A stretch of 34,938 bases of DNA, taken from a virus (taxonomy: Duplodnaviria; Caudoviricetes). The stretch spans positions 1-34,938 of the IMG/VR virus record IMGVR_UViG_3300033076_000095; one strand, 5' to 3'. The notes under the pieces are model-generated. The model saw only the letters and a list, made by a program, of their open reading frames with translations, did not search any database and was not told the DNA's origin. The position numbers were made by a program, and so were the translations under genes. Shown here one piece after another: positions 25,351 through 33,895 of the stretch; within the stretch, counting starts at the first letter, position 1, and the number at the start of each line of letters is the position of its first letter.

Positions 25351-25854
25351 GTGGCTGATATAAATTTTAACTTGACACAAGACTTACTACACGAGTTGTT
25401 TGACTATCGTGATGGCAAGCTGTTTTGGAAAAAAGTTACATCAACACGAAGTGATGTGATTGGCAAAGAAGTCGGTTGTATAAACAGCCAAGGCTACAAA
25501 ACAACAAAAATTGGTGGCAAGAATCATTTGGTGCATCGTTTAATTTATGCCATGTTCTATAGTGATGTTCCAAAATGTTTGGATCACATTGATGGCAATA
25601 GATCAAACAATAAGATAGAAAATCTTAGAAAAGCAACATTTTCTGAGAATATGTTTAATGCAAAATCATACAAAACGAACAAAACTGGCGTTAAGGGCGT
25701 AAACTTTAACAAAGAGTGCCAAAAGTTTTCTGCAAGATGTGCAATAAAAGGCAAGTCACATTGGCTTGGTTTATACAAAACATTGGAAGAAGCAGAGAAA
25801 GTCGTTAAAGATTTCAGAACTAAACATCACGGAGATTTTGCAAATCATGGCTAA
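25351..25854 (+). CDS. HNH homing endonuclease with AP2-like C-terminal domain
   Basis: HRLIY...LDHIDGNRSNNKIENLRKAT, NKTGVKGV; similar to 22769-23293. Confidence 0.9.
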   Translation: MADINFNLTQDLLHELFDYRDGKLFWKKVTSTRSDVIGKEVGCINSQGYKTTKIGGKNHLVHRLIYAMFYSDVPKCLDHIDGNRSNNKIENLRKATFSENMFNAKSYKTNKTGVKGVNFNKECQKFSARCAIKGKSHWLGLYKTLEEAEKVVKDFRTKHHGDFANHG

Positions 25855-26089
25855 TTTTTGTAAGACTTGTAAGTTTTTCCAAGGAAGCGCATTAGGCGTT
25901 TGTTTGCGCTATCCAGAACAAATCGGAAAAGCTGAACATCAATGGTGCGGTGAGTATGTTGCAAAAAAACAACACGAGATGCTCACATTGCCAGTGGTTG
26001 AAATGGGTGAATCTCTGACTGTAAGCGCAGAACCAAAGCGCCGTGGTCGCCCAAAGAAAGGGGAGAACGATGTTCAAACCTCTGCATGA
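25847..26089 (+). CDS. Small 4-Cys metal-binding protein with AT-hook-like tail
   Basis: CKTC...CLRYP...WCGEY, then KRRGRPKK; GGAG RBS. Confidence 0.7.
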   Translation: MANFCKTCKFFQGSALGVCLRYPEQIGKAEHQWCGEYVAKKQHEMLTLPVVEMGESLTVSAEPKRRGRPKKGENDVQTSA

Positions 26090-26354
26090 CAAGATCATTG
26101 TCAAACCTGAACAACGCTTCAAATCAGAACTGCTTGACCTAAGCAAAGTCCAAGGGGCTGACACTGTGGGTTATGTGGTTGCTGCTAGCGATGAGGCAAA
26201 GGCCCAAGGTCTGAATGTGGGCGATAAAGTCCATTTCGGCACAGTGGCTGACAGCGCATCCAATGAGTATCTGAAATGGGAACCCATTGAGATTGATGGT
26301 CAACGTCACTTGAAGATGAGTTGGCAAGACATTTGCTTTGTGGAAGAAGTATGA
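26070..26354 (+). CDS. GroES/Cpn10-like co-chaperonin
   Basis: FKPLHDKIIVKP, GYVVAA, LNVGDKVHF, IEIDGQRHLKMSWQDI; GGGGAG RBS. Confidence 0.8.
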   Translation: MFKPLHDKIIVKPEQRFKSELLDLSKVQGADTVGYVVAASDEAKAQGLNVGDKVHFGTVADSASNEYLKWEPIEIDGQRHLKMSWQDICFVEEV

Positions 26355-26557
26355 GCGAGTTAACTGTTCTTTTTTTTGCATTGCTTTTTAAATCAATCTG
26401 TCTTTGCTTTGCAATAGCGGCTGCTGCTTATCTTGCTTATCTTGGTAAAGATGGGTGGGGGTGGATGATTTTTTTGGCAATCTTGATTGGCTCTACGAGC
26501 TACAAATACACGCCTGACAATCAACAATGCGAATGTAAGATTAAAAATGAGAATTGA
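26351..26557 (+). CDS. Small two-TM membrane protein
   Basis: AAAAYLAYLGKDGWGWMIFLAILI; ATGA-coupled. Confidence 0.65.
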   Translation: MSELTVLFFALLFKSICLCFAIAAAAYLAYLGKDGWGWMIFLAILIGSTSYKYTPDNQQCECKIKNEN

Positions 26558-26762
26558 AAACGTCTACACATTGGCAATGGCTTACGGAATCGCCAAGAAA
26601 CAGCTTGACTATTACCGAAAAACAAAAGACCGCTATTTCGCTAAGATGTACGAAGGAGTTGTTTATTCGTTTGAGCAGCGATTCCGAGAACTCAACAAAA
26701 TCACAGATGTAATGGCTTATTTTGGAGAACCAAGTGCCCCTGAAGAAATCAACCAACCTTAA
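26547..26762 (+). CDS. Hypothetical protein
   Basis: MRIENVYTLAMAYG...; packed in operon. Confidence 0.6.
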   Translation: MRIENVYTLAMAYGIAKKQLDYYRKTKDRYFAKMYEGVVYSFEQRFRELNKITDVMAYFGEPSAPEEINQP

Positions 26763-26880
26763 AGCGTTTAAAGAGAACATCAAGGCCGAGGTAAAGGCTG
26801 GAAAGCCTGTAAAACAGGCAGTTGCAATAAGTTACGCCGTTAAGCGTGAAGCTGAATCTAAGAAGCCAAAGAAGAAATAA
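26734..26880 (+). CDS. Small basic phage protein (48 aa, MPLKKS...[14 protein letters not shown])
   Basis: GTG start with GGAG RBS; KQAVAI motif common upstream of terminase genes. Confidence 0.75.
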   Translation: MPLKKSTNLKAFKENIKAEVKAGKPVKQAVAISYAVKREAESKKPKKK

Positions 26881-27256
26881 TCAATTTTCTTTCTGAAAGC
26901 TCAAGTTTTTGATGTTCAGAATTTGATAGAACAGCCAGGTTTTCAATCCTGTTGTCATGTGAGTTGCCATTGATATGATGAACATGCTCCCAAGACTCTA
27001 GTTTTCTGCCTAAGTGCTGTTCCATTAAATGACGATGTTCTCTTACTTGCTTACCATTTACCATGATGGTTTTGTAAGTATGTTTTGGTCTATTTGTTGG
27101 TTGAAATCTATGTTCTGCAAACTGTTCAAGATGAACCTTTGCAAGACATGACCTAGAACAGTATTTTGCTGTTTCTGCTCTGTAACTAGGAACTCGAAAG
27201 GATTGTTGGCAGTGAATACAAGTAAGAATCGCACCAGTGCGGTTTCTTTTTTTCAT
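26858..27256 (-). CDS. HNH endonuclease with N-terminal Zn finger, inverted orientation
   Basis: CIHC...YCSRSC; EHRHLME..LGRKL...[18 protein letters not shown]; GGAG RBS before ATG at 27256. Confidence 0.88.
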   Translation of the reverse strand: MKKRNRTGAILTCIHCQQSFRVPSYRAETAKYCSRSCLAKVHLEQFAEHRFQPTNRPKHTYKTIMVNGKQVREHRHLMEQHLGRKLESWEHVHHINGNSHDNRIENLAVLSNSEHQKLELSERKLIISSLAS

Positions 27257-27295
27257 ATACAATAACTCCATGCGTTGCTATTGCTTAAATATACC

Positions 27296-27724
27296 ATGAA
27301 CACGGATCAAGAACAAATGTCAGAAAAACGCCCAGTAGGTAGACCAACTCTATACGATCCCGCATATTGCGAGCAGATCATTGAATTGGGCCGTGTTGGT
27401 AAATCTATTGAGCAAATCTGTGCAATTCTCAATGTCAGCTTAAGAACAATGTACTTATGGCGTGATACACATGAAGAATTTATGCACGCCATGGAAGATG
27501 CAAAGGTTCTTGAGCAAGCATGGTGGGAAGATCAAGGGCAGTCTTACATGGTTGAGGACAAAGAAAGCGCAAAGCTGAACACTGGATTGTGGTCACGCTC
27601 AATGGCTGCTCGATTCCCTAAGAAGTATCGGGAAAGCACAAAGACGGAAATCACAGGTGCAGAAGGTGCGCCTTTGTTGCAAGGGATTCAAGTTAGCTTT
27701 GTGAAACCCCAAGAGACAGAATAA
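27296..27724 (+). CDS. terS: Terminase small subunit
   Basis: GRPTLYDP.YCEQIIE, HTH, W...HEEF..A, KTEITGAEGAPL; start may instead be 27317. Confidence 0.85.
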   Translation: MNTDQEQMSEKRPVGRPTLYDPAYCEQIIELGRVGKSIEQICAILNVSLRTMYLWRDTHEEFMHAMEDAKVLEQAWWEDQGQSYMVEDKESAKLNTGLWSRSMAARFPKKYRESTKTEITGAEGAPLLQGIQVSFVKPQETE

Positions 27725-27757
27725 TCGGCCTAACGGCGCTGGATAAACGTAACCAGC

Positions 27758-27875
27758 ACTAACACGCATGAAGGTTGTGATAGGCATGGATGCCCATTCG
27801 ACGGAGTGTAGGGTTCAAGTCCCTTGTGGATAATTCTGGTTCGAATCCAGATAAGCAGCCTTCAGTCGTGTTAGT
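27758..27875 (+). ncRNA. Structured RNA, scaffold copy 1, with two T-loop hairpins
   Basis: ACTAACACG-CA-TGAAGGTTG / CAGCCTTCA-GT-CGTGTTAGT arms; ends at the base before the tRNA. Confidence 0.65.
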
Positions 27876-27951
27876 TCCCTGATAGCTCAGTCGGTAGAGC
27901 AGCAGACTGTTAATCTGTTGGTCGGTGGTTCGAACCCACCTTAGGGAGCCA
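27876..27951 (+). tRNA. tRNA-Asn (GTT)
   Basis: 76-nt cloverleaf: TCCCTGA/TTAGGGA acceptor, GCTC/GAGC D arm, CTGTTAA anticodon loop, GGTGG-TTCGAAC-CCACC T arm, encoded CCA. Confidence 0.96.
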
Positions 27952-28032
27952 TCACGCATGAGGATTGTTCGTATTGGCGAAAGTCATCGTGGCAAGTAAC
28001 GGATATGCCTTGCCAGTCCTCAGTCGTGTTGG
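27952..28032 (+). ncRNA. Structured RNA, scaffold copy 2
   Basis: CACG-CA-TGAGGATTG / CAGTCCTCA-GT-CGTG arms with compensatory changes versus copy 1. Confidence 0.65.
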
Positions 28033-28146
28033 TGAAAGCGTAAGCTGATACGCAAGTGAAAGCTAGTGTGTGGCACGAGCAGAGATGCGAGGTAGGGTTC
28101 AAATCCCCCATTCGTGCAAGCTGGAGTTCAGCACCAGCCGCCAACA
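28027..28146 (+). ncRNA. tRNA-like kissing-loop RNA
   Basis: TGTTGGTG/CGCCAACA closing stem; GCGTA-AGCTGA-TACGC and GCTGG-AGTTCAGCA-CCAGC hairpins with complementary loops GCTGA/TCAGC. Confidence 0.65.
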
Positions 28147-28162
28147 ATTTAAAGGATGGAAA

Positions 28163-29458
28163 TTGGCAACGGAGATTGAAAACGCAATAGCAAAGGCTGA
28201 ATTCCCAATCAAGCTGCAATGCTTGTTTGAGCCTAAAAAATCACGCTACCGTGTTCTGTACGGTGGTCGTGGTGGCGCTAAATCATGGGGTGTGGCTCGT
28301 GCTTTGCTGATTAAGGCTGTTCAAGAGCCTTTGCGTATTCTTTGCGCTCGTGAGTTTCAATCATCCATGAAGGACTCGGTTCACAAGTTGTTGACCGACC
28401 AGATCGTTGACCTTGGTTTGACCAGCTTCTACGAAATCACGCAAAACCAGATTCGTGGCAAGAATGGCTCGGAAATCAACTTTATTGGCTTGAAGAACAA
28501 CATTGCCAACGTCAAGTCGTCAGAAGGCGTAGACATTTGTTGGGTGGAAGAAGCTCAGACCGTGAGCCGTATGTCTTGGGATGTGCTGATTCCTACCATC
28601 CGCAAGGAAGGCTCCGAGATTTGGATTACGTTCAACCCATTGCTGGAGACTGATGACACTTACCAGCGGTTTGTGGTCAATCCGCCCAAAAACTCAGTTG
28701 TTCAAAAGATCAACTGGTCGGATAACCCTTGGTTTCCTGATACTTTGCGTGAGGAAAAGGACAACCTTAAGGCACGAGACATTCATTCCTACAACGTGGT
28801 TTGGGAAGGCTTTTGCCGCCAAACAGTTGATGGGGCTATCTTTGCCAAAGAAATGCAGATGGCAGAACTTGAGCGCCGTATCACCAATGTACCGTATGAC
28901 CCAATCAAGCCTGTTCATGCCATTTTTGACTTGGGATGGGCTGATATGACCGCTGTGTGGTTTGTTCAGTTCATTGGAATGGAAACTCGCCTGATCCGCT
29001 ATTACGAGGTCAATCAAACGACCATGAGCGAAATTCTGGCGAAGATGCAAACATTTGGGTATTTATATGACACGCTCTGGCTGCCGCATGATGCACAGCA
29101 CAAAACTCTTGCCAGTAACGGTAGAAGCATTGAGGAAATTGTCCGTAACGCTGGCTACAAAACCAAAATCCTTGAGCGTGTGCCAGTTGCAGACTCAATT
29201 AACGCAGCCCGTACAATTTTCAGGTCGTGCTATTTCGATAGAGAAAATTGCCACGAAGGGCTACAATGTCTACGAAATTACCGATACGATGTAGACCCAG
29301 AAACAGGTCAATTTGGTCGGACACCGCTACATGACCATTACTCACATGGTGCTGATGCGTTCCGCTACATTGGTCTGATGGTGAACGAACCACGAGGTCG
29401 GCAACGTCAAAAACCACAGCAACAGTTCTATGCTGGTGCTAATTCATGGATGGGCTAA
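28163..29458 (+). CDS. terL: Terminase large subunit (PBSX/XtmB-like)
   Basis: Walker A YGGRGGAKS, Walker B CWVEEAQ, TFNP, nuclease DLG...HGADAFRY; probable TTG start at 28163 after AAGGATGGA. Confidence 0.95.
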   Translation: MATEIENAIAKAEFPIKLQCLFEPKKSRYRVLYGGRGGAKSWGVARALLIKAVQEPLRILCAREFQSSMKDSVHKLLTDQIVDLGLTSFYEITQNQIRGKNGSEINFIGLKNNIANVKSSEGVDICWVEEAQTVSRMSWDVLIPTIRKEGSEIWITFNPLLETDDTYQRFVVNPPKNSVVQKINWSDNPWFPDTLREEKDNLKARDIHSYNVVWEGFCRQTVDGAIFAKEMQMAELERRITNVPYDPIKPVHAIFDLGWADMTAVWFVQFIGMETRLIRYYEVNQTTMSEILAKMQTFGYLYDTLWLPHDAQHKTLASNGRSIEEIVRNAGYKTKILERVPVADSINAARTIFRSCYFDRENCHEGLQCLRNYRYDVDPETGQFGRTPLHDHYSHGADAFRYIGLMVNEPRGRQRQKPQQQFYAGANSWMG

Positions 29459-29460
29459 TA

Positions 29461-31584
29461 ATGGCTTACAAAGAAGATGCAAGCGATTCAGATTCACGCA
29501 TTGGTGAAGCCATAAAGTTTCTGGAGTGGGCTAACGATGCCGACACCATGAACCGCCAAGAGGCGCTAGAGGACTTGAAGTTTGTTAATGGCGACCAATG
29601 GCCTATTGAGCTTCAAAACAGCCGTAGCATGGAGTCTCGCCCTGTTCTGACCATTAATAAATTGGATGGTTATTGCCGCCAAGTGGTTAACCAGATTCGC
29701 CAGCAACGCCCACATCCCAAAGTTCATGGGATGAACAGCGATGCAGACCAAAAGACCGCTGAAGTTATCCAAGGCATCATTCGCCACATCGAAGCCAACT
29801 CCAACGCTGATAACGCCTACGACACCGCAGCCGACTACGCTGTTCGCATGGGTTGGGGCTTTATCCGTGTCCGCACAGATTATGTGAGCGACGATTCGTT
29901 TGAACAGGAAATCTACATTGATCCTGTTGACAATCCTTTTACCGTCTACTTTGACCCAAATTCCATCCTTCCTGATGGCTCTGACGCTGAGACTTGCCTT
30001 ATCACCACAATGATGAGCAAGAAAGAGTTTAAAAAGCTCTATCCTGACGCAGACACAGAATCTTTCACACAGCGTGGCACTGGCGACAGCCAAAGCGAAT
30101 GGATCACCAAAGAGGACATTCGTGTTGGTGAGTATTTCTACACAGTCCGCAAGGCATCTAAGCTCATCCTGTTGAGCGATGGTTCTTCCATCTTTGCTGA
30201 GGACTTTGAAAAGCAAGCTGAGATGTTCACGGCTGCTGGCGTGTATCCCATTGATGAGCGCCCGAGCATCCGCAAATCAATCAAATGGTGCAAGCTGACT
30301 TCTGCCGAGATTCTGGAAGAAGGCGAATGGGCTGGCAAATACTTGCCAATCATCCCTGTTTATGGTCGCCATGTGGTGATCGGTGACAAGCGCAAGAAGT
30401 TCGGTATGGTTCGCCATGCAAAAGATGCACAGCGTATGTATAACTTCTGGCAAACATCCACCACAGAATCTGTGGCATTGGCTCCAAAAGCCAAATGGAT
30501 CATGGCAGAAGGCCAAGACGAGGGTCACGAAAACGAGTGGATGGCGGCAAACATCAAGTCGTTCCCATTGTTGCGTTACAAGCAAACTGACATTGAAGGT
30601 CGCCCTGCTCCAGCGCCACAACGCTTGCAACCAGAGCCACCACCCACAGGCATCTTGGCTGCAACCGCAACGATTGATGACGACATTAAGACCTTGATGG
30701 GGATTTTTGACCCTGCTCAATTGAAGCAAGGCAACATCTCTGGCAAGGCGCTGAATGGTCAGCAACAACAAGTTGATCTGTCAAACTTTGACTTTTACGA
30801 CAACCTTACAAAGTCTCAGTGCCAAGTGGCTAAATTGATCTTGGACTTGATTCCCAAGATTTACGACACTCAACGAGTTCTCCGCATCATTGGTGATGAT
30901 GGCAAGCCTGAACTGGTGACAGTGAACGAAAAAGACGCAGTGAACAATGTCATTAACAACAATTTGACCGTTGGTTTGTATGACGTTGTGATGGACACTG
31001 GCCCTGGCTACAACAGCAAACGTGAAGCGGCTGTGGCTGCCATGACTCCAATCTTGGCATCTGACCCTTCTTTGATGGCTCAGATCGGTGATTTGTGGTT
31101 CCGCAATCAAGACTTCCCTGGTGCAGACATCATTGCTGATCGTTTGGCTACGCTTAACCCATTGTCACAAATTGACAAGAAATCTGATGTGCCACCACAG
31201 GCTCAAATGGCTATCAAGCAGTTGCAAGACCAACTCCAGAAGGCTCAACAACAAATTGAGCAAATGGGCATGGCAATCAAGCAACGCCAAGACATTGAGC
31301 AAGTCAAGCAAGACAATGAAACCAAGCGTGAATTGCTCCGTCAGACTGCCAAAGCACACAACACAGAAACAATGGCTGAGGTCAAGGTCAATGACCAAGC
31401 GACTCGTGCCATTACTTCACAAAACAAGGTGGAAATTGAGGCCATCATGCAACTGTTGTTGCACCACATGGACACAAACCGCCTGAATCAAGAGATTGAA
31501 CGCCGTAATGCAGAGCAAGTTGCCGCAATCAATGTGGCTGCTCAAGACATTGATAACGGTCAAAATCCCTTGATGGGTATGTAA
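29461..31584 (+). CDS. Portal protein (P22 gp1-like)
   Basis: EDLKF..GDQW, RPVLTINKL, GMVR.AKDAQRMYN, SGKAL; Q-rich C-terminal barrel. Confidence 0.93.
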   Translation: MAYKEDASDSDSRIGEAIKFLEWANDADTMNRQEALEDLKFVNGDQWPIELQNSRSMESRPVLTINKLDGYCRQVVNQIRQQRPHPKVHGMNSDADQKTAEVIQGIIRHIEANSNADNAYDTAADYAVRMGWGFIRVRTDYVSDDSFEQEIYIDPVDNPFTVYFDPNSILPDGSDAETCLITTMMSKKEFKKLYPDADTESFTQRGTGDSQSEWITKEDIRVGEYFYTVRKASKLILLSDGSSIFAEDFEKQAEMFTAAGVYPIDERPSIRKSIKWCKLTSAEILEEGEWAGKYLPIIPVYGRHVVIGDKRKKFGMVRHAKDAQRMYNFWQTSTTESVALAPKAKWIMAEGQDEGHENEWMAANIKSFPLLRYKQTDIEGRPAPAPQRLQPEPPPTGILAATATIDDDIKTLMGIFDPAQLKQGNISGKALNGQQQQVDLSNFDFYDNLTKSQCQVAKLILDLIPKIYDTQRVLRIIGDDGKPELVTVNEKDAVNNVINNNLTVGLYDVVMDTGPGYNSKREAAVAAMTPILASDPSLMAQIGDLWFRNQDFPGADIIADRLATLNPLSQIDKKSDVPPQAQMAIKQLQDQLQKAQQQIEQMGMAIKQRQDIEQVKQDNETKRELLRQTAKAHNTETMAEVKVNDQATRAITSQNKVEIEAIMQLLLHHMDTNRLNQEIERRNAEQVAAINVAAQDIDNGQNPLMGM

Positions 31585-31598
31585 ATTCGTGGTAAATT
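31570..31598 (+). promoter_or_regulatory. Putative promoter for scaffold/coat genes
   Basis: TTGATG-17 nt-TAAATT with extended TG. Confidence 0.45.
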
Positions 31599-31651
31599 AA
31601 CCACAAACCTTACCTGTGAGGTACACAGGGCAAATTCGGAGTGACAACGTA

Positions 31652-32566
31652 ATGTCTGAAAAACAAGCAGGTCAGATTCTGACTAGCGAAAATGCGGCTG
31701 AGTTCTATGCACAAAAACTAGGTTTAGCCCCCGCCGAGGAACAAACTGCGGCTGTTGAAGCTGAAGAAGCGCCAGCAGAGCCAGAGGTTCAAGAAGCGGA
31801 AGGGAGTGACCCAGAAGCGAAAGAGGAAGCCAAACCACAGGATGAGCGAAAGCAGAATCCTAAACTTGAGCGTAGATTCTCCGAAATCACGAAACAGCGT
31901 GAGGAAGCTCGTAAAGAGGCCCAACGTGAACGTGAAGCAAGGGAAGCTCTAGAACGACAGATAGAGGAACTGAAACAACAATCGCAGCCCAAACAGGCTA
32001 CTACTGTTGACGAAGAACCTCAACCAAGTCAGTTCGCTGATGCGTTTGAATATGCCAAAGCACTCGCTGAGTACACGGCTGACAAGCGAATTGAAGCGAT
32101 GAAACAGCAAGAAGCTGCGGAAAAAGCCGCACAGGAACGCCAAAAAGTCATTGACTCTTGGGCTAACCGAGTGGAAGAAGCCAAAGCAGAATTGCCTGAT
32201 TTTGACGATATGGTGGCAAGTTCTAGTGTTGTGGTTAGTGATGCTATCCGTGACACCATTCTTGAGAGCGATGTAGGCCCAAAAATCCTGTATCACTTGG
32301 CTGAGAATGAAGAACTGGCAAACAAGATCGCTGGTATGTCTGAGCGTATGGCTATGCGAGAGATTGGGAAACTTGAGGCTCGATTTGAAAAAGTCGCCGC
32401 CAAGTCTGAAGTCGCTGAACCAGTGGCCCGAAGTAAAGCACCTGCTCCTGCCAAGCCAATCAAGGCTACCTCAGGCGTTGCTGACCTACCACTTGACAGT
32501 GATGGCAAGTTTTATGGAAGTTACGCTCAATGGAAAGCCATGAGGTCGCAAGGCAAGATTCGGTGA
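31652..32566 (+). CDS. Scaffolding protein
   Basis: Acidic coiled-coil protein between portal and coat; C-terminal SKAPAP...YAQWKAMR; GGAG RBS before ATG at 31652. Confidence 0.85.
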   Translation: MSEKQAGQILTSENAAEFYAQKLGLAPAEEQTAAVEAEEAPAEPEVQEAEGSDPEAKEEAKPQDERKQNPKLERRFSEITKQREEARKEAQREREAREALERQIEELKQQSQPKQATTVDEEPQPSQFADAFEYAKALAEYTADKRIEAMKQQEAAEKAAQERQKVIDSWANRVEEAKAELPDFDDMVASSSVVVSDAIRDTILESDVGPKILYHLAENEELANKIAGMSERMAMREIGKLEARFEKVAAKSEVAEPVARSKAPAPAKPIKATSGVADLPLDSDGKFYGSYAQWKAMRSQGKIR

Positions 32567-32600
32567 AAACCTTTTTTGTTCATATATCTTGGAGTAAACC

Positions 32601-33836
32601 ATGAGCAACAATTTGCTTACCATTAGCAAGATCACCAACGAAGCGTTGATGGTCTTGGAAAACAGCTTGACCTTTTCTAGCGGCGTGGATCGTTCGTATG
32701 ACGACCAATTTGCTGTTGCTGGCGCAAAAATCGGCAACACATTGAACGTTCGTAAACCTGGTCGTTTCATCGGTACAACTGGCCCCGCTTTGAACGTTGA
32801 AGATTTCAACGAAACTAGCGTGCCTGTCACCTTGTCCACTCAGTTCCACGTTGACACCCAATTCACTACACAAGACTTGGCTCTGTCGTTGGATATGTTC
32901 TCTGACCGTGTGTTGAAACCCGCCATCGCAGCAATCGCCAACAAGATTGACTTTGACGGTACAACTATGGCTGCTTTGAACACAGCTAACATCGTTGGCA
33001 CACCTGGCACTCCTTCCACAGACTTTGGCACTTATTTGACTGCCCAAGCCTATCTGGATGCTGAAGGCGCACCCCGTGATGGTCGTCGCACTTGCGTGAT
33101 CGAACCCTTCACTTCTGCTGTGATCGTTAACAACCTGAAAGGTTTGTTCGTTCCTCAAGAAGCCATCGGTAGCCAATACAAAAAGGGCATGATGGGTCGT
33201 GACACTGGCGGTATGGATTGGAAGATGGATCAAAACATCTCCGCACACACTTTCGGCAACTTTGCTGGTACTGCTGTGTGCAACACTTCCACCGCTACTG
33301 GTTTCTTGACCTCTGGTTGGGCTTCTAGCTCCACAATCAGCATCACTTCTACTGGTGCTGTGAGCCTGTTGGCTGGTGACGTTATCACCATTGATGGCGT
33401 GTACGCTGTTAACCCCCAGAACCGTCAAGCCTACGGCTCTAACAAGCTGCGTAACTTTGTTGTGAAATCTGCCGCTTCTGGCACTGGCACAACATTCAAC
33501 GTGACTGTTAGCCCCGCTGTGATTACCGCTGGTCAGTTCCAAAACGTGAGCATCCCTTCCGCTGGTTCTGCCGCTGTGAACTTCTACAACAAGGCTGGCG
33601 CTGTGTCTCCACAGAACATCATCATGCACAAAAACGCTTTCACATTGGCTTCTGCCGATTTGGAATTGCCAGAAGGCGTGCATTTTGCTGGTCGTGCAGC
33701 AGACAAAGACGCAGGTTTGTCGATCCGTGTGGTGCGTCAATACACCATCAACAACGACTCCATCCCCACTCGTTTGGATGTGTTGTACGGTTGGGCTCCT
33801 CTGTACCCTGAATTGGCTTGCCGTGTTGCCAGCTAA
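32601..33836 (+). CDS. Major capsid protein (P22 coat gp5-like)
   Basis: MSNNLLTISKITNEALMVLEN, KIGNTLNVRKP, RLDVLYGWAPLYPELACRV. Confidence 0.95.
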   Translation: MSNNLLTISKITNEALMVLENSLTFSSGVDRSYDDQFAVAGAKIGNTLNVRKPGRFIGTTGPALNVEDFNETSVPVTLSTQFHVDTQFTTQDLALSLDMFSDRVLKPAIAAIANKIDFDGTTMAALNTANIVGTPGTPSTDFGTYLTAQAYLDAEGAPRDGRRTCVIEPFTSAVIVNNLKGLFVPQEAIGSQYKKGMMGRDTGGMDWKMDQNISAHTFGNFAGTAVCNTSTATGFLTSGWASSSTISITSTGAVSLLAGDVITIDGVYAVNPQNRQAYGSNKLRNFVVKSAASGTGTTFNVTVSPAVITAGQFQNVSIPSAGSAAVNFYNKAGAVSPQNIIMHKNAFTLASADLELPEGVHFAGRAADKDAGLSIRVVRQYTINNDSIPTRLDVLYGWAPLYPELACRVAS

Positions 33837-33895
33837 TTGAAATGGTGGGGGAGAAATCCCCCGCTTCTCAAAATTCTTTTTAAAGGAAACTGAAA

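Noticed and set aside
27876-27951. tRNA as a prophage attachment site or host boundary
   Set aside because: Lies between terS and terL with phage genes on both sides; no integrase and no duplicated tRNA 3' end
27998-28005. AACGGATA shared between scaffold-2 cargo and the HNH leader; scaffold arm AGTCGTGTT complementary to AACACGGCT in the rep leader
   Set aside because: Matches of 8-9 nt are expected by chance in 35 kb; not enough to claim targeting
27725-28150. CRISPR or TIGR-like array
   Set aside because: Only two scaffold copies, formed by inverted arms around inserts of unequal length; no regular repeat-spacer period and no Cas or Nop-domain gene seen
28070-28162. N-terminal extension of terL in the ORF track
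   Set aside because: Overlaps the structured RNA; a TTG with RBS at 28163 is a better start
29566-31398. Several long antisense ORFs within the portal gene
   Set aside because: Shadow frames of a clearly identified gene
32580-33740. 386-aa minus-strand ORF antisense to the coat gene
   Set aside because: Shadow ORF expected from the coat gene's codon bias; no RBS or recognisable motifs
33844-33866. Hairpin after the coat gene as a terminator
   Set aside because: GC stem present but no adjacent U tract; more likely a stabilising or pausing hairpin
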